Below, piece by piece: positions 9,055-18,716 of a stretch of DNA of 46,358 bases (its first letter is position 1; the number at the start of each line of letters is the position of its first letter). The notes under the pieces are model-generated. The model worked only from the letters and a program-made list of their open reading frames with translations. It ran no database searches and was not told the DNA's origin. The DNA lies in the NCBI GenBank assembly GCA_964588985.1, contig CAZPQW010000026.1, forward strand, positions 1 to 46,358. The letters are read 5' to 3'. The DNA is from an uncultured Solirubrobacteraceae bacterium. GTDB lineage: Bacteria; Actinomycetota; Thermoleophilia; Solirubrobacterales; Solirubrobacteraceae. The translations under genes and the position numbers were made by a program.

Positions 9055-10230
9055 ATGCCCAAGACAGTGATCCTCGGCGCCGCACGCACCCCCATCGGCA
9101 AGATGGGCGGCGGCCTGTCCACGGTGGACGCCACCGAGCTCGGCGCCCTGGCGATCGGCGCCGCGCTGGAGCGCTCCGGCGTCGAGCCCGAGCAGGTCGA
9201 GCACGTCGTGGTGGGCCAGGTCCTCCAGGCCGGTCAGGGACAGATCCCGTCGCGTCAGGCGCAGATCAAGGCCGGCATCCCCAAGGAGGTCTCCTCGGAG
9301 ACGATCAACAAGGTCTGCGCGTCAGGTCTTCGTGCGAGCGTGATACTCGACCAGGCGATCCGTGCCGGGGATGTCCAGGTCGGCGTTGGCGCGGGCATGG
9401 AGTCGATGTCGAAGGCTCCGTACCTGCTTCCGCAGGCGCGCTTCGGCTATCGCATGGGCGACGCGAAGATGCTCGACGCGATGGTCCACGATGGCCTCAC
9501 GAACCCGTTCTCGGGTAAGCAGATGTTCGTCGAGGCGACGGAGATCGGCGAGGAGTTGGAGATGACGCGCGCTGACCTCGACCGTTGGGCGCTGCGCTCG
9601 CACCAGCTGGCGCTGAAGGCGATCGACGAGGGCCGCATGTCTGAGGAGATCGTGTCGGTGACCGTGAAGGGTCGCAAGGGCGACACGGTCGTCGAGCTCG
9701 ACGAGGGCCCGCGCCGCGAGACGTCGCTCGAGGCGCTCGCGAAGCTCCCCGGCCTGGTCAACAAGGAAGGCTCGCACACGGCCGGCAACTCGCCGGGCGT
9801 CAACGACGGCGGCGGCGCGCTCGTGCTGTCCTCCGACGAGTGGGCAGCGGCGAACGGCAAGGAGGCGCTCGCCGAGATCGTCGCGCACGCGCAGAGCGCG
9901 AACGACTTCGCCTATCTCGCCACGACGCCCGCGAGCGCCGCGAAGAAGGCGCTCGAGAAGGCCGGCCTGCAGCCTGGCGACATCGACATCTGGGAGATCA
10001 ACGAGGCGTTCGCCTCGGTGACACTCAACTCGATCCGCATGCTCGGCATCGACGAGGACCGTGTGAACGTCAACGGCGGCGCCGTCGCGCTCGGGCACCC
10101 GATCGGTGCCTCCGGGGCGCGGATCCTCGGTGCGATCGTGCATGAGCTGCGCCGTCGCGGCGGCGGCTACGGCTGCGCCGCGATCTGCTCCGGTGGTGGG
10201 CAGGGCGACGCGGTGATCCTGAAGGTCTGA
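9055..10230 (+). CDS. Acetyl-CoA C-acyltransferase (thiolase)
   Basis: NKVCASG, EINEAF, GHPIGASG, CSGGGQG. SD-like CAGGAGAG upstream of ATG 9055. Confidence 0.96.
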   Translation: MPKTVILGAARTPIGKMGGGLSTVDATELGALAIGAALERSGVEPEQVEHVVVGQVLQAGQGQIPSRQAQIKAGIPKEVSSETINKVCASGLRASVILDQAIRAGDVQVGVGAGMESMSKAPYLLPQARFGYRMGDAKMLDAMVHDGLTNPFSGKQMFVEATEIGEELEMTRADLDRWALRSHQLALKAIDEGRMSEEIVSVTVKGRKGDTVVELDEGPRRETSLEALAKLPGLVNKEGSHTAGNSPGVNDGGGALVLSSDEWAAANGKEALAEIVAHAQSANDFAYLATTPASAAKKALEKAGLQPGDIDIWEINEAFASVTLNSIRMLGIDEDRVNVNGGAVALGHPIGASGARILGAIVHELRRRGGGYGCAAICSGGGQGDAVILKV

Positions 10231-10231
10231 G

Positions 10232-11041
10232 ATGAGCGAAAACGGCGGGAGCGGATCTCCAGCCGGACGGCCGCGCGGCGCGGCCTTCTTCGATCTGGAC
10301 AAGACGTTGATGGCCGGATCGTCGGGCATCTTCTTCGCCCGCGCGGCGTATGAAACGGGCATGATCTCGCGCGGTCGGCTGGCCCGCGACGCGTATGAAA
10401 ACTTCCGCTTCCGGCTGCTCGGCTCGACCGACGATCGCGCCGACGACGTGCGCAGGCGCGTGGGCGAGATGATCGCGGGAGTGCGTGTGCGCGATCTCGA
10501 GCGGCTCTCTCCGCGGGTGCTATCGGGCGTTCTGCCGCGTCTGTATCCGCAGATGCTCGAACGCGCCTACGCCCACCAGGACTCGGGCCTGCCGGTCTAC
10601 ATCCTCACTGCGGCCTCGCAGGAGATGGCCGACCTGCTCGCGCGTGTGCTCGCCTTCGACGGCGGGCTCGGGTCGCGCTCCGAGATCGTCGACGGACGCT
10701 ACACGGGCCGGCCCGCGGGGCCGTTCAACTATCGCGACGGCAAGGTGCTCTCGATGCGCGATCTTGCCGAGCGCGAGCAGATCGCGCTCGATCAGTCCTA
10801 CGCGTACTCGGACTCCGAGTCCGACCTGCCGATGCTGCGCGCGGTACGCCATGCGGTGGTCGTCAACCCCGACGCGGAGCTGCGTCGGATCGCCCTCGAA
10901 GAGGACTGGGAGGTTGTGGAGCTCGACCGTCTCGGAAGGCGTCTGAAGGTGCTCGCCGCGCTCGGCACGGCGGCCGTGGTGGGCGGCCTGGGGAACGCCG
11001 CGTGGGGGCGCGTGGGAGCGCGAATCGGCTCACGGGCATAA
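10232..11041 (+). CDS. HAD-IB family hydrolase (phosphoserine-phosphatase-like, Rv3661-like)
   Basis: [14 protein letters not shown] motif II, GK motif [19 protein letters not shown]; C-terminal hydrophobic anchor. Confidence 0.9.
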   Translation: MSENGGSGSPAGRPRGAAFFDLDKTLMAGSSGIFFARAAYETGMISRGRLARDAYENFRFRLLGSTDDRADDVRRRVGEMIAGVRVRDLERLSPRVLSGVLPRLYPQMLERAYAHQDSGLPVYILTAASQEMADLLARVLAFDGGLGSRSEIVDGRYTGRPAGPFNYRDGKVLSMRDLAEREQIALDQSYAYSDSESDLPMLRAVRHAVVVNPDAELRRIALEEDWEVVELDRLGRRLKVLAALGTAAVVGGLGNAAWGRVGARIGSRA

Positions 11042-11052
11042 TCTGCCGTCTC

Positions 11053-11490
11053 ATGTCCTCAACTCAAACCCAGAGCAAGATCCGCGTGGTGGTGGCCAAG
11101 CCAGGTCTCGACGGCCACGATCGCGGTGCGAAGATCATCGCGCGAGCGCTGCGCGACGCGGGCATGGAGGTGATCTACACGGGCCTGCACCAGACGCCCG
11201 AACAGATCGTCGAGACGGTCATCCAGGAGGACGCCGACGCGGTCGGTCTGTCGATCCTGTCGGGCGCGCACATGACGCTCGTGCCGCGGGTCGTGGAGCT
11301 GCTGCGTGAGCAGGGCATCGACGACGTGGTGATCACGGTCGGCGGCACCATCCCGGCAGAGGACATACCGGAGTTGAAGAGCCTCGGCGTGGCCGAGGTG
11401 TTCACGCCCGGAGCGCCCACGCAGGCGATCGTGGATTTCATCCGCGGAGCTATCGATGCCCGTCCGCCCGCGCGTTCGTCAAGTAACTGA
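11053..11490 (+). CDS. Cobalamin-binding small subunit of an acyl-CoA mutase (methylmalonyl-/isobutyryl-CoA mutase C-terminal domain)
   Basis: [12 protein letters not shown] (DxHxxG), SILSGAH, VGGTIP, FTPG. Confidence 0.95.
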   Translation: MSSTQTQSKIRVVVAKPGLDGHDRGAKIIARALRDAGMEVIYTGLHQTPEQIVETVIQEDADAVGLSILSGAHMTLVPRVVELLREQGIDDVVITVGGTIPAEDIPELKSLGVAEVFTPGAPTQAIVDFIRGAIDARPPARSSSN

Positions 11491-11559
11491 TTGACTCGTC
11501 AGTCAACCGCTGGAAGCGGTACGATTGCACTCAACACACCCCCAAGGAGTTGCCTGAGA

Positions 11560-12351
11560 ATGAAGATATGCGTCTTGGTGAAGGAGGTTCCGGACGCCGC
11601 CGTCGAGAAGAGGATCGATTCCTCGACGGGGCGCATGGACCGCAACGGCGAGAAGAACCTCAACCCGTATGACACGCACGCCATCGAGGCTGCGATGCAG
11701 ATCAAGGAGGGCGGCGCGGTGGCGGTCGAGGAGATCGTCGCCGTGACGATGGGCCCCGAAAGCGCGGTGCGCGCGCTGCACAAGGCGGTCTCGCTGGGCG
11801 CCGATCGCTCGGTGCACCTCAGCGACGCGGCGGTGGCCGGCTCCGACGTGGCGGCAACCGGCTACGCGCTCGCGAAGACGCTTCAGCGCGAGAGCCCCGA
11901 CCTGGTGCTGCTCGGCCAGCAGTCGGACGACGGCGAGTGCTACACGATCGGCGCGGTCGTCGCCGAGCACCTGGGCATGCCGTCGCTCACGCAGGTGATC
12001 AAGATGGACGTCGACTCGGAGAGCCTGCGCTGCGAGCGCCAGGCCGAGTACGGCTACGACACCGTCCAGATCAAGCTGCCCGCGGTGATCTCCGTCGGCG
12101 ACGCGATCAACGAGCCGCGCTACCCGTCGCTGAAGGCGATCATGGGCGCGAAGAAGAAGCCCCTCGACACGGTCAGCGCGAGCGACGTGGAGATCGACGC
12201 GTCGAAAGTCGGCGGCGAGAACTCCGCGGCCCAGTGGGTCGCCGCGAAGGCGCCTCCGGCGAAGGCCGCCGGGGAGATCATCGAGGACGAGGACACCGGT
12301 GAAACCGTCGAAAAAATCGTCGCCTGGCTCGACGAGAGGAAGCTGATCTAG
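11560..12351 (+). CDS. etfB: Electron transfer flavoprotein subunit beta
   Basis: MKICVLVKEVPD, LNPYDTHAIEAA, TMGP, GADRSVHL, INEPRYPSLKAIMGAKKK. SD AAGGAG upstream. Confidence 0.95.
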   Translation: MKICVLVKEVPDAAVEKRIDSSTGRMDRNGEKNLNPYDTHAIEAAMQIKEGGAVAVEEIVAVTMGPESAVRALHKAVSLGADRSVHLSDAAVAGSDVAATGYALAKTLQRESPDLVLLGQQSDDGECYTIGAVVAEHLGMPSLTQVIKMDVDSESLRCERQAEYGYDTVQIKLPAVISVGDAINEPRYPSLKAIMGAKKKPLDTVSASDVEIDASKVGGENSAAQWVAAKAPPAKAAGEIIEDEDTGETVEKIVAWLDERKLI

Positions 12352-13332
12352 ATGGCAAACATCCTGGTTTACGCGCTGCACTACAACGGCGCGATCAACA
12401 AGAACTCACTCGGCGCCGTCTCCGAGGGCGCGAAGCTCGCGGCCGAGCTCGGCGGCGAGGCGCACGCGATCCTGCTCGGCGAGAGCGTCCCGCAGGACCT
12501 GGCCGCCTCGCTCGGCAACTACGGCGCCAAGAAGGTGCTCGTGGCCGAGGGTCCCGAGGGGCTGGCACAGCCGCTGGTGGACGCGATGGCCGCGGCGATC
12601 ACCGCGGGTGACTACAAGTACGCGCTGTTCGGCGGCGGCCTGCTCGGCTTCGAGATCGGAGCGGGCCTCGCGGCGCGCCTCGGCGCGGGCGTGGCGATGG
12701 AGGTCACCGCAGTGCGCGCCGAGGGCGGCGAGCTGATCGCCGAGCGTCCGATCCTGGGCGACTCCGCGATCTCCGAAATCAAGTACCGCTCGGGGGTCGG
12801 GATCATCATCGGCCGCCTCAACGCGTTCGAGATCAAGGAGACCGGAGCCGGCGCGGCGCCCGTGGAGCAGCTCTCCTTCGAGCTGAGCCCGCACGCATCG
12901 CAGGCGACGATGGTCACGCGCGGCGAACAGCGCGGCGCGGACGTCGACATCGAGGGTGCGAGCATCCTGATCGCCGGCGGTCGCGGTCTCGGCAAGGCCG
13001 AGGGCTTCCAGCTGGCCGAGGACCTCGCCGCGGCATTCGGCAACAACGCCGCCGTCGCGGCGACCCGCGCGGTGGTCGACGCCGGCTGGTACCCCTACGC
13101 GGCGCAGATCGGCCAGACGGGCAAGACCGTCTCGCCGAAGCTGTACCTCGCGGCGGGTATCTCGGGCGCGATCCAGCACAAGGTGGGCATGCAGAGCTCG
13201 GAGAACATCGTCGCGATCAACAAGGACGCGAACGCGCCGATCTTCGAATTCTCCGACCTCGGCATCGTGGGCGATCTGAACAAGATCCTGCCCAAGCTCA
13301 CCGAGGCAGTGAAGGCAAAGAAGGGCTCCTGA
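12352..13332 (+). CDS. etfA: Electron transfer flavoprotein subunit alpha
   Basis: IAGGRGLG, ATRAVVDAGW, QIGQTGKTVSPKLY, GISGAIQHKVGM, AINKD..APIF. Confidence 0.96.
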   Translation: MANILVYALHYNGAINKNSLGAVSEGAKLAAELGGEAHAILLGESVPQDLAASLGNYGAKKVLVAEGPEGLAQPLVDAMAAAITAGDYKYALFGGGLLGFEIGAGLAARLGAGVAMEVTAVRAEGGELIAERPILGDSAISEIKYRSGVGIIIGRLNAFEIKETGAGAAPVEQLSFELSPHASQATMVTRGEQRGADVDIEGASILIAGGRGLGKAEGFQLAEDLAAAFGNNAAVAATRAVVDAGWYPYAAQIGQTGKTVSPKLYLAAGISGAIQHKVGMQSSENIVAINKDANAPIFEFSDLGIVGDLNKILPKLTEAVKAKKGS

Positions 13333-13334
13333 GC

Positions 13335-15089
13335 ATGTCCGGAAACGGCTCCAGCAACGGGAAGGTCGCACCCGCGGCCTTCCCACCGCCGGTCGACTCG
13401 CAGAAGGAGTTCGTCAAGCACGGCCTCGACGCGGAGGACGAGCTGATCGAGGTCGGCGTGGCGATCGTCGGCGGCGGCACCGCGGGCCTCGCGTGCGCGA
13501 ACCGCCTGCTGCAACTGCTCGCGGATGATCCGGAGACAATGGAGCGCCTCGGCGAAGTGCCGGTGGCGGTCGTGGAGAAGGCGAAGACGTGCGGCGGGCA
13601 CAACCTCTCCGGCGCGGTCATGCGCCCCGGCCCGCTGCAGGAGCTGTTCCCGGAGATGACGCGCGAGGACTGGCGCAAGGAGGGCTTCGCCTTCGGCGAG
13701 GTGACCAAGGAGTCGGTGTACATGCTCACCGGTCCGAAGAGCAAGCTTCCCGTGCCGGTTCTGGCGGTGCCGAACTTCAAGAACCACGGCAACGAGGTCG
13801 TCTCGGTTGCCGCACTCGCTCGCTATCAGCAGCGCCAGGCGGAGGACGCCGGTGCCTACATCCTGACCGAGACCTCCGCCACTCAGCTCATCGTCGAGGA
13901 CGGGCGTGTGGTCGGCGTGCGCTCCGGCGACAAGGGGCGCGGTAAGGACGGCGAGCCGCTCGGGAACTTCGAGCCCGGCACGGACATCAAGGCCAAGGCG
14001 ACCGTTCTTGCCGAGGGCTGCTGGGGCCATTTGACCGGCGCCGCGATCAAGGAGTTCGACCTCGCCGAGGGCCGCGAGCCACAGGTATGGGAGCTTGGCG
14101 TCAAGGAGGTCTGGAAGGTCCCCAAGCCGCTTGACCGTGTTATCCACACGTTCGTACAGCCCTGGCCGCTGAAAGTCGCGCCCAAGTACGGGCAGCTCGG
14201 CGGCACCTGGATCTACCCGATGAAGGACGAGAAGACCGGCGATGACCTCGTCTCGATCGGCTTCGTCGTGGACCTCAATTATCGCGACGCGACGACGTCC
14301 GCGCACGACCTGCTGCAGACGTTCAAGACGCATCCTCTGGTGAAGGGCATCCTCGAGGGCGGCGAACGCGTCGCCTGGGGAGCCAAGGCTCTCCCTGGTG
14401 GTGGTTACTGGTCGATGCCGAAGCTGTCGATGCCGGGCGCGGTGCTCGTCGGCGACGCTGGTGGGATGGTCGACACAGCGGCGCTGAAGGGCGTGCACCA
14501 CTGCATCAAGTCCGGGATGCTCGCAGCGGAGTCGATCTACGCGGCCCTCACGCGCGGCAGCAGCGACTTCTCCGACTACGAGGACGCGATCGAGCGATCC
14601 ACGGTCGGGACTGAGCTCTACCAGGTGCGCAACACGCGGCAGGCGTTCCAGAAAGGCTTCCTCGTCGGCAGTGCGCTCGCGGGCCCCTCGATCATGTCCA
14701 AGGGCAAGGTTCCTCCGGGTCGGCAGGCGTGGCACCGTGACGACGCCGAGCCGATGTTCATCGGTAAGACCAAGGACAAGTATCCCAAGCCCGACGGCAA
14801 ATACACGTTCGACAAGCTCTCCTCGGTGTTCATCACGGGCAACGCGACCCGCGACGACGCTCCTAACCACATCCGCGTGCAGAAACACGTGCCGCGCGAG
14901 ATCGCGGAGACCTGGAAGTGGATGTGTCCCGCCGGGGTCTACGAGATCCCCGAGGACGCTCCGGAGACAGGGGACGTGGACGTGATCGTCAACTACACCA
15001 ACTGCGTGCAGTGCGGAGCGATCACCGCCAAGGGCGGTCGTCTGACGACCCCCGAGGGCGGCGACGGCCCGCTCTACCAGATCACCTGA
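13335..15089 (+). CDS. Electron transfer flavoprotein:quinone oxidoreductase (ETF-QO/FixCX-like)
   Basis: IVGGGTAG FAD motif, GGHNLSGA, LGVKEVW, LVGDAGG..LKGVH, YPKPDGKYTFDKLSSVF, CPAGVYE, NCVQC, PEGGDGPLY. Confidence 0.93.
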   Translation: MSGNGSSNGKVAPAAFPPPVDSQKEFVKHGLDAEDELIEVGVAIVGGGTAGLACANRLLQLLADDPETMERLGEVPVAVVEKAKTCGGHNLSGAVMRPGPLQELFPEMTREDWRKEGFAFGEVTKESVYMLTGPKSKLPVPVLAVPNFKNHGNEVVSVAALARYQQRQAEDAGAYILTETSATQLIVEDGRVVGVRSGDKGRGKDGEPLGNFEPGTDIKAKATVLAEGCWGHLTGAAIKEFDLAEGREPQVWELGVKEVWKVPKPLDRVIHTFVQPWPLKVAPKYGQLGGTWIYPMKDEKTGDDLVSIGFVVDLNYRDATTSAHDLLQTFKTHPLVKGILEGGERVAWGAKALPGGGYWSMPKLSMPGAVLVGDAGGMVDTAALKGVHHCIKSGMLAAESIYAALTRGSSDFSDYEDAIERSTVGTELYQVRNTRQAFQKGFLVGSALAGPSIMSKGKVPPGRQAWHRDDAEPMFIGKTKDKYPKPDGKYTFDKLSSVFITGNATRDDAPNHIRVQKHVPREIAETWKWMCPAGVYEIPEDAPETGDVDVIVNYTNCVQCGAITAKGGRLTTPEGGDGPLYQIT

Positions 15090-15160
15090 GCGCTCCGAGA
15101 CGGAAACGTCGCGCGCCCCACTGCGAAACCTAAGCGCATTTGCAGTGTTAGGAGGATGTA

Positions 15161-15748
15161 ATGATCTTTGCGTCCCCGATGTCAACCCTTCTAGGTGTCG
15201 CTCGCCGGCTCTCGCTGGCGAGCGTCGCGTGTGCGGTGCTGCTCACGCTGACATGCCTTGGAGCCACGTCGAAGGCGATCGGGATCGCGGGCGTCTCGAC
15301 CGCACGGACCGGCTCGAGCGAACCGAGCAAGCCGATCGCGTCAGCCACGCTGCAGCAGTGCCTCACCGCGGAAGCGCAGGCCGAACGCTCGGCGACGTTC
15401 GCGGGTGAAATCAACGCCATACCCGGCTCGACGCGGATGGAGATGCGGATCGAAGTCCTGGAGCGGACGCCGGCCGAACCCGCGTACCACGCGGTCAGCG
15501 CCCCCGGTCTGCGCGTGTGGAGCAGCTCCGCGCCCGGGGTGAAGACGTACAAGAACCTCAACAAGGTCACCAACCTCGCGGCGCCGGCCTTCTACCGGGC
15601 GGCCGTGCGCTTCCGCTGGTTCAACGCGAAGGGCAAGCTGCTCAAGACCGCGCTGCTGCGCACCCGTCGCTGCGAACAGCCGGCGCCCGCCGGCACGGAA
15701 ACAGAAACGCCGCCAGCGAGCACCGGCAACCCAGTCACGACCGGCTGA
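15161..15748 (+). CDS. Hypothetical secreted protein
   Basis: Strong SD AGGAGG 5 nt upstream. Signal-peptide-like N-terminus, beta-rich body with two Cys (LQQC...RRCEQP), Pro/Thr tail. Confidence 0.7.
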   Translation: MIFASPMSTLLGVARRLSLASVACAVLLTLTCLGATSKAIGIAGVSTARTGSSEPSKPIASATLQQCLTAEAQAERSATFAGEINAIPGSTRMEMRIEVLERTPAEPAYHAVSAPGLRVWSSSAPGVKTYKNLNKVTNLAAPAFYRAAVRFRWFNAKGKLLKTALLRTRRCEQPAPAGTETETPPASTGNPVTTG

Positions 15749-15823
15749 GCCGGCCGTCCAGAGGACCATCGCCGCGGAGCCGGCGCACGGCCGGGTTGGG
15801 CGCCCCGCTAGAATGAAATGACG

Positions 15824-16057
15824 ATGAAGACATCAATCCACCCCACCTACACAGCAGCCCACGTCCGTTGCACATGCGGCAACGAGTTCGTGACCCGTGC
15901 GACCAAGGACGAGCTGCATGTCGAGGTCTGCTCCAACTGCCATCCGTTCTACACCGGCAGGCAGAAGCTGATGGACACCGGCGGACGCGTCGAGCGCTTC
16001 CAGCGCCGCGTGGCCAAGGGTCGCCTGCACTCCGCGCAAGCCCGGTCCACCCAGTAG
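15824..16057 (+). CDS. rpmE: 50S ribosomal protein L31 (zinc-binding type)
   Basis: [12 protein letters not shown]...[22 protein letters not shown] 15818 is an alternative start. Confidence 0.97.
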   Translation: MKTSIHPTYTAAHVRCTCGNEFVTRATKDELHVEVCSNCHPFYTGRQKLMDTGGRVERFQRRVAKGRLHSAQARSTQ

Positions 16058-16061
16058 CGCG

Positions 16062-17231
16062 ATGTCCACGCGTCTGGCCGCGGGTTCCCCGACGACGCCA
16101 GGCGCGGTGACAGCCACAGCCGCGGCCAGCGTGGATGCGCCCGCGGCGCCCGCGGCGGCTCCCCCAGCGCAGGACGTCTCCGGCACGGAGCCGAGCCTCG
16201 ACGCGCTCGTCACGCGCGAGAGCGACGGTGAGCTGAGCGCACAGCGCGACGCGCCCGTCGGCGGGCAGGCGGTGCTCGAGGGCGTGATGATGCGCGGCGT
16301 GGCCAACTGGGCGGTGGCGGTGCGCAAGCCGACCGCCGAGCAGCTCAGCGAGGGCGAGATCTCTGCAGAGGAGGGCGCGAAGGGCGAGATCGAGGTCACG
16401 ACCTATCCGCTCGACTCCGCGATGAAACGCCACCGCGCGCTCAGGCTGCCGATCGTGCGCGGTGTGGTCGCGCTCGGCGGATCGATGGTGATCGGGTTCA
16501 GGGCGCTGGAGATATCGGCGAACGCTCAGCTTCCGCCCGAAGAGGGCAAGGACGGAGAGGAGCAGGAGGTCCAGGAGATCCCCAAGGCGGTGTGGGCGGG
16601 CACCGTGGTGGTCGCTCTGCTGTTCGCGATCGTGCTGTTCTTCCTGATTCCCGTCGGCCTGACGAGCCTCGTCAAGCACCAGCTCGGCTCCTCGTTCCTG
16701 TTCTGGCTCGTCGAGGGCGTGATCCGCACGAGCATCTTCCTCGGCTACATGGCGCTGCTCTCGCGCGTGAAAGACCTACGGCGCGTGTTCGAGTACCACG
16801 GAGCGGAGCACAAGACGATCTCCTGCTACGAGGCGGGGCTGCCGCTCACGCCCGTCAATGCTCAGCGCTTCTCGCGGCTGCACCCGCGCTGCGGCACGAG
16901 CTTCCTGCTCGTGGTGATGATCGTGGCGATCTTCGTGTTCGCGCCGATCGGCCTGCCCGCGTGGTACTGGCTGATGGCCACGCGCATCCTCGGGGTGCCG
17001 ATCATCGCGGGCATCTCCTTCGAGCTGATCAAGTTCGCCGGGCGCAATCGCAGCCGCGGCTGGGTGCGCGCGGTGATGTGGCCCGGCCTGAAGCTGCAGC
17101 TGCTCACCACGCGCGAGCCCGACCTCGACCAGCTGGCCGTGGCGATCGCCGCGCTGGACGCGGTGCTCGCGCTCGAGACCCCCGGCGAGCTGTCGGCCGC
17201 GGATCTCGTGGGCGTCGAGGTCGTGGCTTAG
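16062..17231 (+). CDS. DUF1385 family membrane protein (putative metal-dependent enzyme)
   Basis: GGQAVLEGVMMR, FEYHGAEHK, HPRCGTSF, LQLLTTREP. Usual position between rpmE and prfA/prmC. Confidence 0.92.
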   Translation: MSTRLAAGSPTTPGAVTATAAASVDAPAAPAAAPPAQDVSGTEPSLDALVTRESDGELSAQRDAPVGGQAVLEGVMMRGVANWAVAVRKPTAEQLSEGEISAEEGAKGEIEVTTYPLDSAMKRHRALRLPIVRGVVALGGSMVIGFRALEISANAQLPPEEGKDGEEQEVQEIPKAVWAGTVVVALLFAIVLFFLIPVGLTSLVKHQLGSSFLFWLVEGVIRTSIFLGYMALLSRVKDLRRVFEYHGAEHKTISCYEAGLPLTPVNAQRFSRLHPRCGTSFLLVVMIVAIFVFAPIGLPAWYWLMATRILGVPIIAGISFELIKFAGRNRSRGWVRAVMWPGLKLQLLTTREPDLDQLAVAIAALDAVLALETPGELSAADLVGVEVVA

Positions 17232-17316
17232 CACCCGAGCCGACGGTCGCGCGCGCTTCGCCGCGCGGGCTGACGAGCCACACGCCGTTGGGCTGAGACG
17301 CTAACGTGGGGGCACG

Positions 17317-17598
17317 ATGACTCCCGCTCAACCGATGACCACACGCGGCGCCCACTACACGGCGCTGCTCGAGACGATCGACCACCAGGGCGTGACCAAG
17401 CTGCACGCCAAGGAGCGCGAGCAGCTGCTCGAAGCCGCCGACGCGCTGCTGTTCGGCGAGCCCGAGAGCGAGCAGCTGGTCAGGTCGGCCGAGGCGCTGA
17501 TCGAGTCCCTGGAGACGAGCGAGCGCTGGTCCGCGGAGAGCTGCGATCAGCTGCGCGAGCACCTGTACGGCTGCGACGTTCCCGCCGAGGCTTCCTGA
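17317..17598 (+). CDS. Small acidic helical hypothetical protein
   Basis: 93-aa ORF with GC3-rich codon usage filling the DUF1385-prfA gap; TAACGT -10-like hexamer 9 nt upstream. Confidence 0.65.
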   Translation: MTPAQPMTTRGAHYTALLETIDHQGVTKLHAKEREQLLEAADALLFGEPESEQLVRSAEALIESLETSERWSAESCDQLREHLYGCDVPAEAS

Positions 17599-17646
17599 GC
17601 CCGCGGCGCGAGCAGCGCCCGAACACCTCCCCCTTAGACTGGCCCC

Positions 17647-18696
17647 ATGATCGAAGAGCTCGTCAAGCAGATTGAGACGCGCTTCGCCGAGCTGGGCGAG
17701 CAGATGACCGACGCCGAGGTGATCTCCGACCGCGAGCGCTACGCGGAGGTAGGTCGTGCCTACAGCCAGCTCGAGCCGGCCGCCAAGCTGGCTGTGCAGT
17801 GGCGCCTCGCGCAGGACGACGCGGCCGGGGCGGAGGAGCTGCTTTCGGAGATGGGCGAGGACTCAGAGATGCGCGAGGAACTCGGCGCCGCGCGCAAGCG
17901 CATCGAGGACCTCGAGGAGGAGATCCGCCTGGCGATGGTCGAAAGCGACCCCAACGACGAGAAGAGCGTGATCGTCGAAATCCAGGGCGGCGCCGGGGGG
18001 GACGAGGCGAGCCTGTGGGCGGGCGACCTGTACCGGATGCTCGCCCGCTACGCCGAGCGCCGCGGCTGGCAGATCGAGCAGATGGACGTCGGCGAGGGGA
18101 AGTACACATTTGCCGTGAAGGGCGACGGGGCGTATTCGGTGTTCAAGTTCGAGGGCGGCACCCACCGCGTGCAGCGCGTTCCCGCGACCGAGTCCCAGGG
18201 GCGCATCCACACATCCACCGCGACCGTCGCGGTGCTCCCAGAGGCCGAAGACGTGGACGTGCACGTCGACCCGAACGACCTGCAGATCGACGTGTACCGC
18301 TCCTCAGGGCCCGGCGGGCAGTCGGTCAACACGACCGACTCGGCCGTGCGCGTGACGCACAAGCCATCGGGGATCGTGGTGTCGATGCAGGACGAGAAGT
18401 CCCAGCTGCAGAACCGCGAGAAGGCGCTGCGGGTGCTGCGCGCGCGGCTGTACGAGCGGGCGCTCGCCGAACAGCAGGCGGAGCTGGCCGCCGACCGCCG
18501 CTCGCAGGTCGGCACGGGCGACCGCGCGGAGAAGATCCGCACGTACAACTACGGCGAGCGGCGCGTCACCGACCACCGCATCAAGGTCACGGTGCACAAC
18601 CTCGACCAGGTGCTCGAAGGGGAGCTCGACGAGCTGACGGCCGCACTTCAGGCCGACGAGAAGCGCAGGCGCCTGGAGGCGCAAGCGGCGGCCTGA
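17647..18696 (+). CDS. prfA: Peptide chain release factor 1
   Basis: RVPATES (PxT anticodon motif of RF1), SGPGGQSVN (GGQ), IRTYNY. Confidence 0.97.
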   Translation: MIEELVKQIETRFAELGEQMTDAEVISDRERYAEVGRAYSQLEPAAKLAVQWRLAQDDAAGAEELLSEMGEDSEMREELGAARKRIEDLEEEIRLAMVESDPNDEKSVIVEIQGGAGGDEASLWAGDLYRMLARYAERRGWQIEQMDVGEGKYTFAVKGDGAYSVFKFEGGTHRVQRVPATESQGRIHTSTATVAVLPEAEDVDVHVDPNDLQIDVYRSSGPGGQSVNTTDSAVRVTHKPSGIVVSMQDEKSQLQNREKALRVLRARLYERALAEQQAELAADRRSQVGTGDRAEKIRTYNYGERRVTDHRIKVTVHNLDQVLEGELDELTAALQADEKRRRLEAQAAA

Positions 18697-18716
18697 TCAG
18701 AGTCGCTGACTCCTCG

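Noticed and set aside
4848-15138. Shared 10-mer CCTAAGCGCA at 4848-4857 and 15129-15138 as a target-site duplication or island boundary
   Set aside because: The enclosed genes are ordinary metabolism with no integrase or transposase; a single 10-mer match can be chance.
13095-15185. 696-aa minus-strand ORF, and similar ones at 40044-42200, 39071-41410 and 24794-27103
   Set aside because: Alternative-frame or antisense artefacts of stop-codon scarcity.
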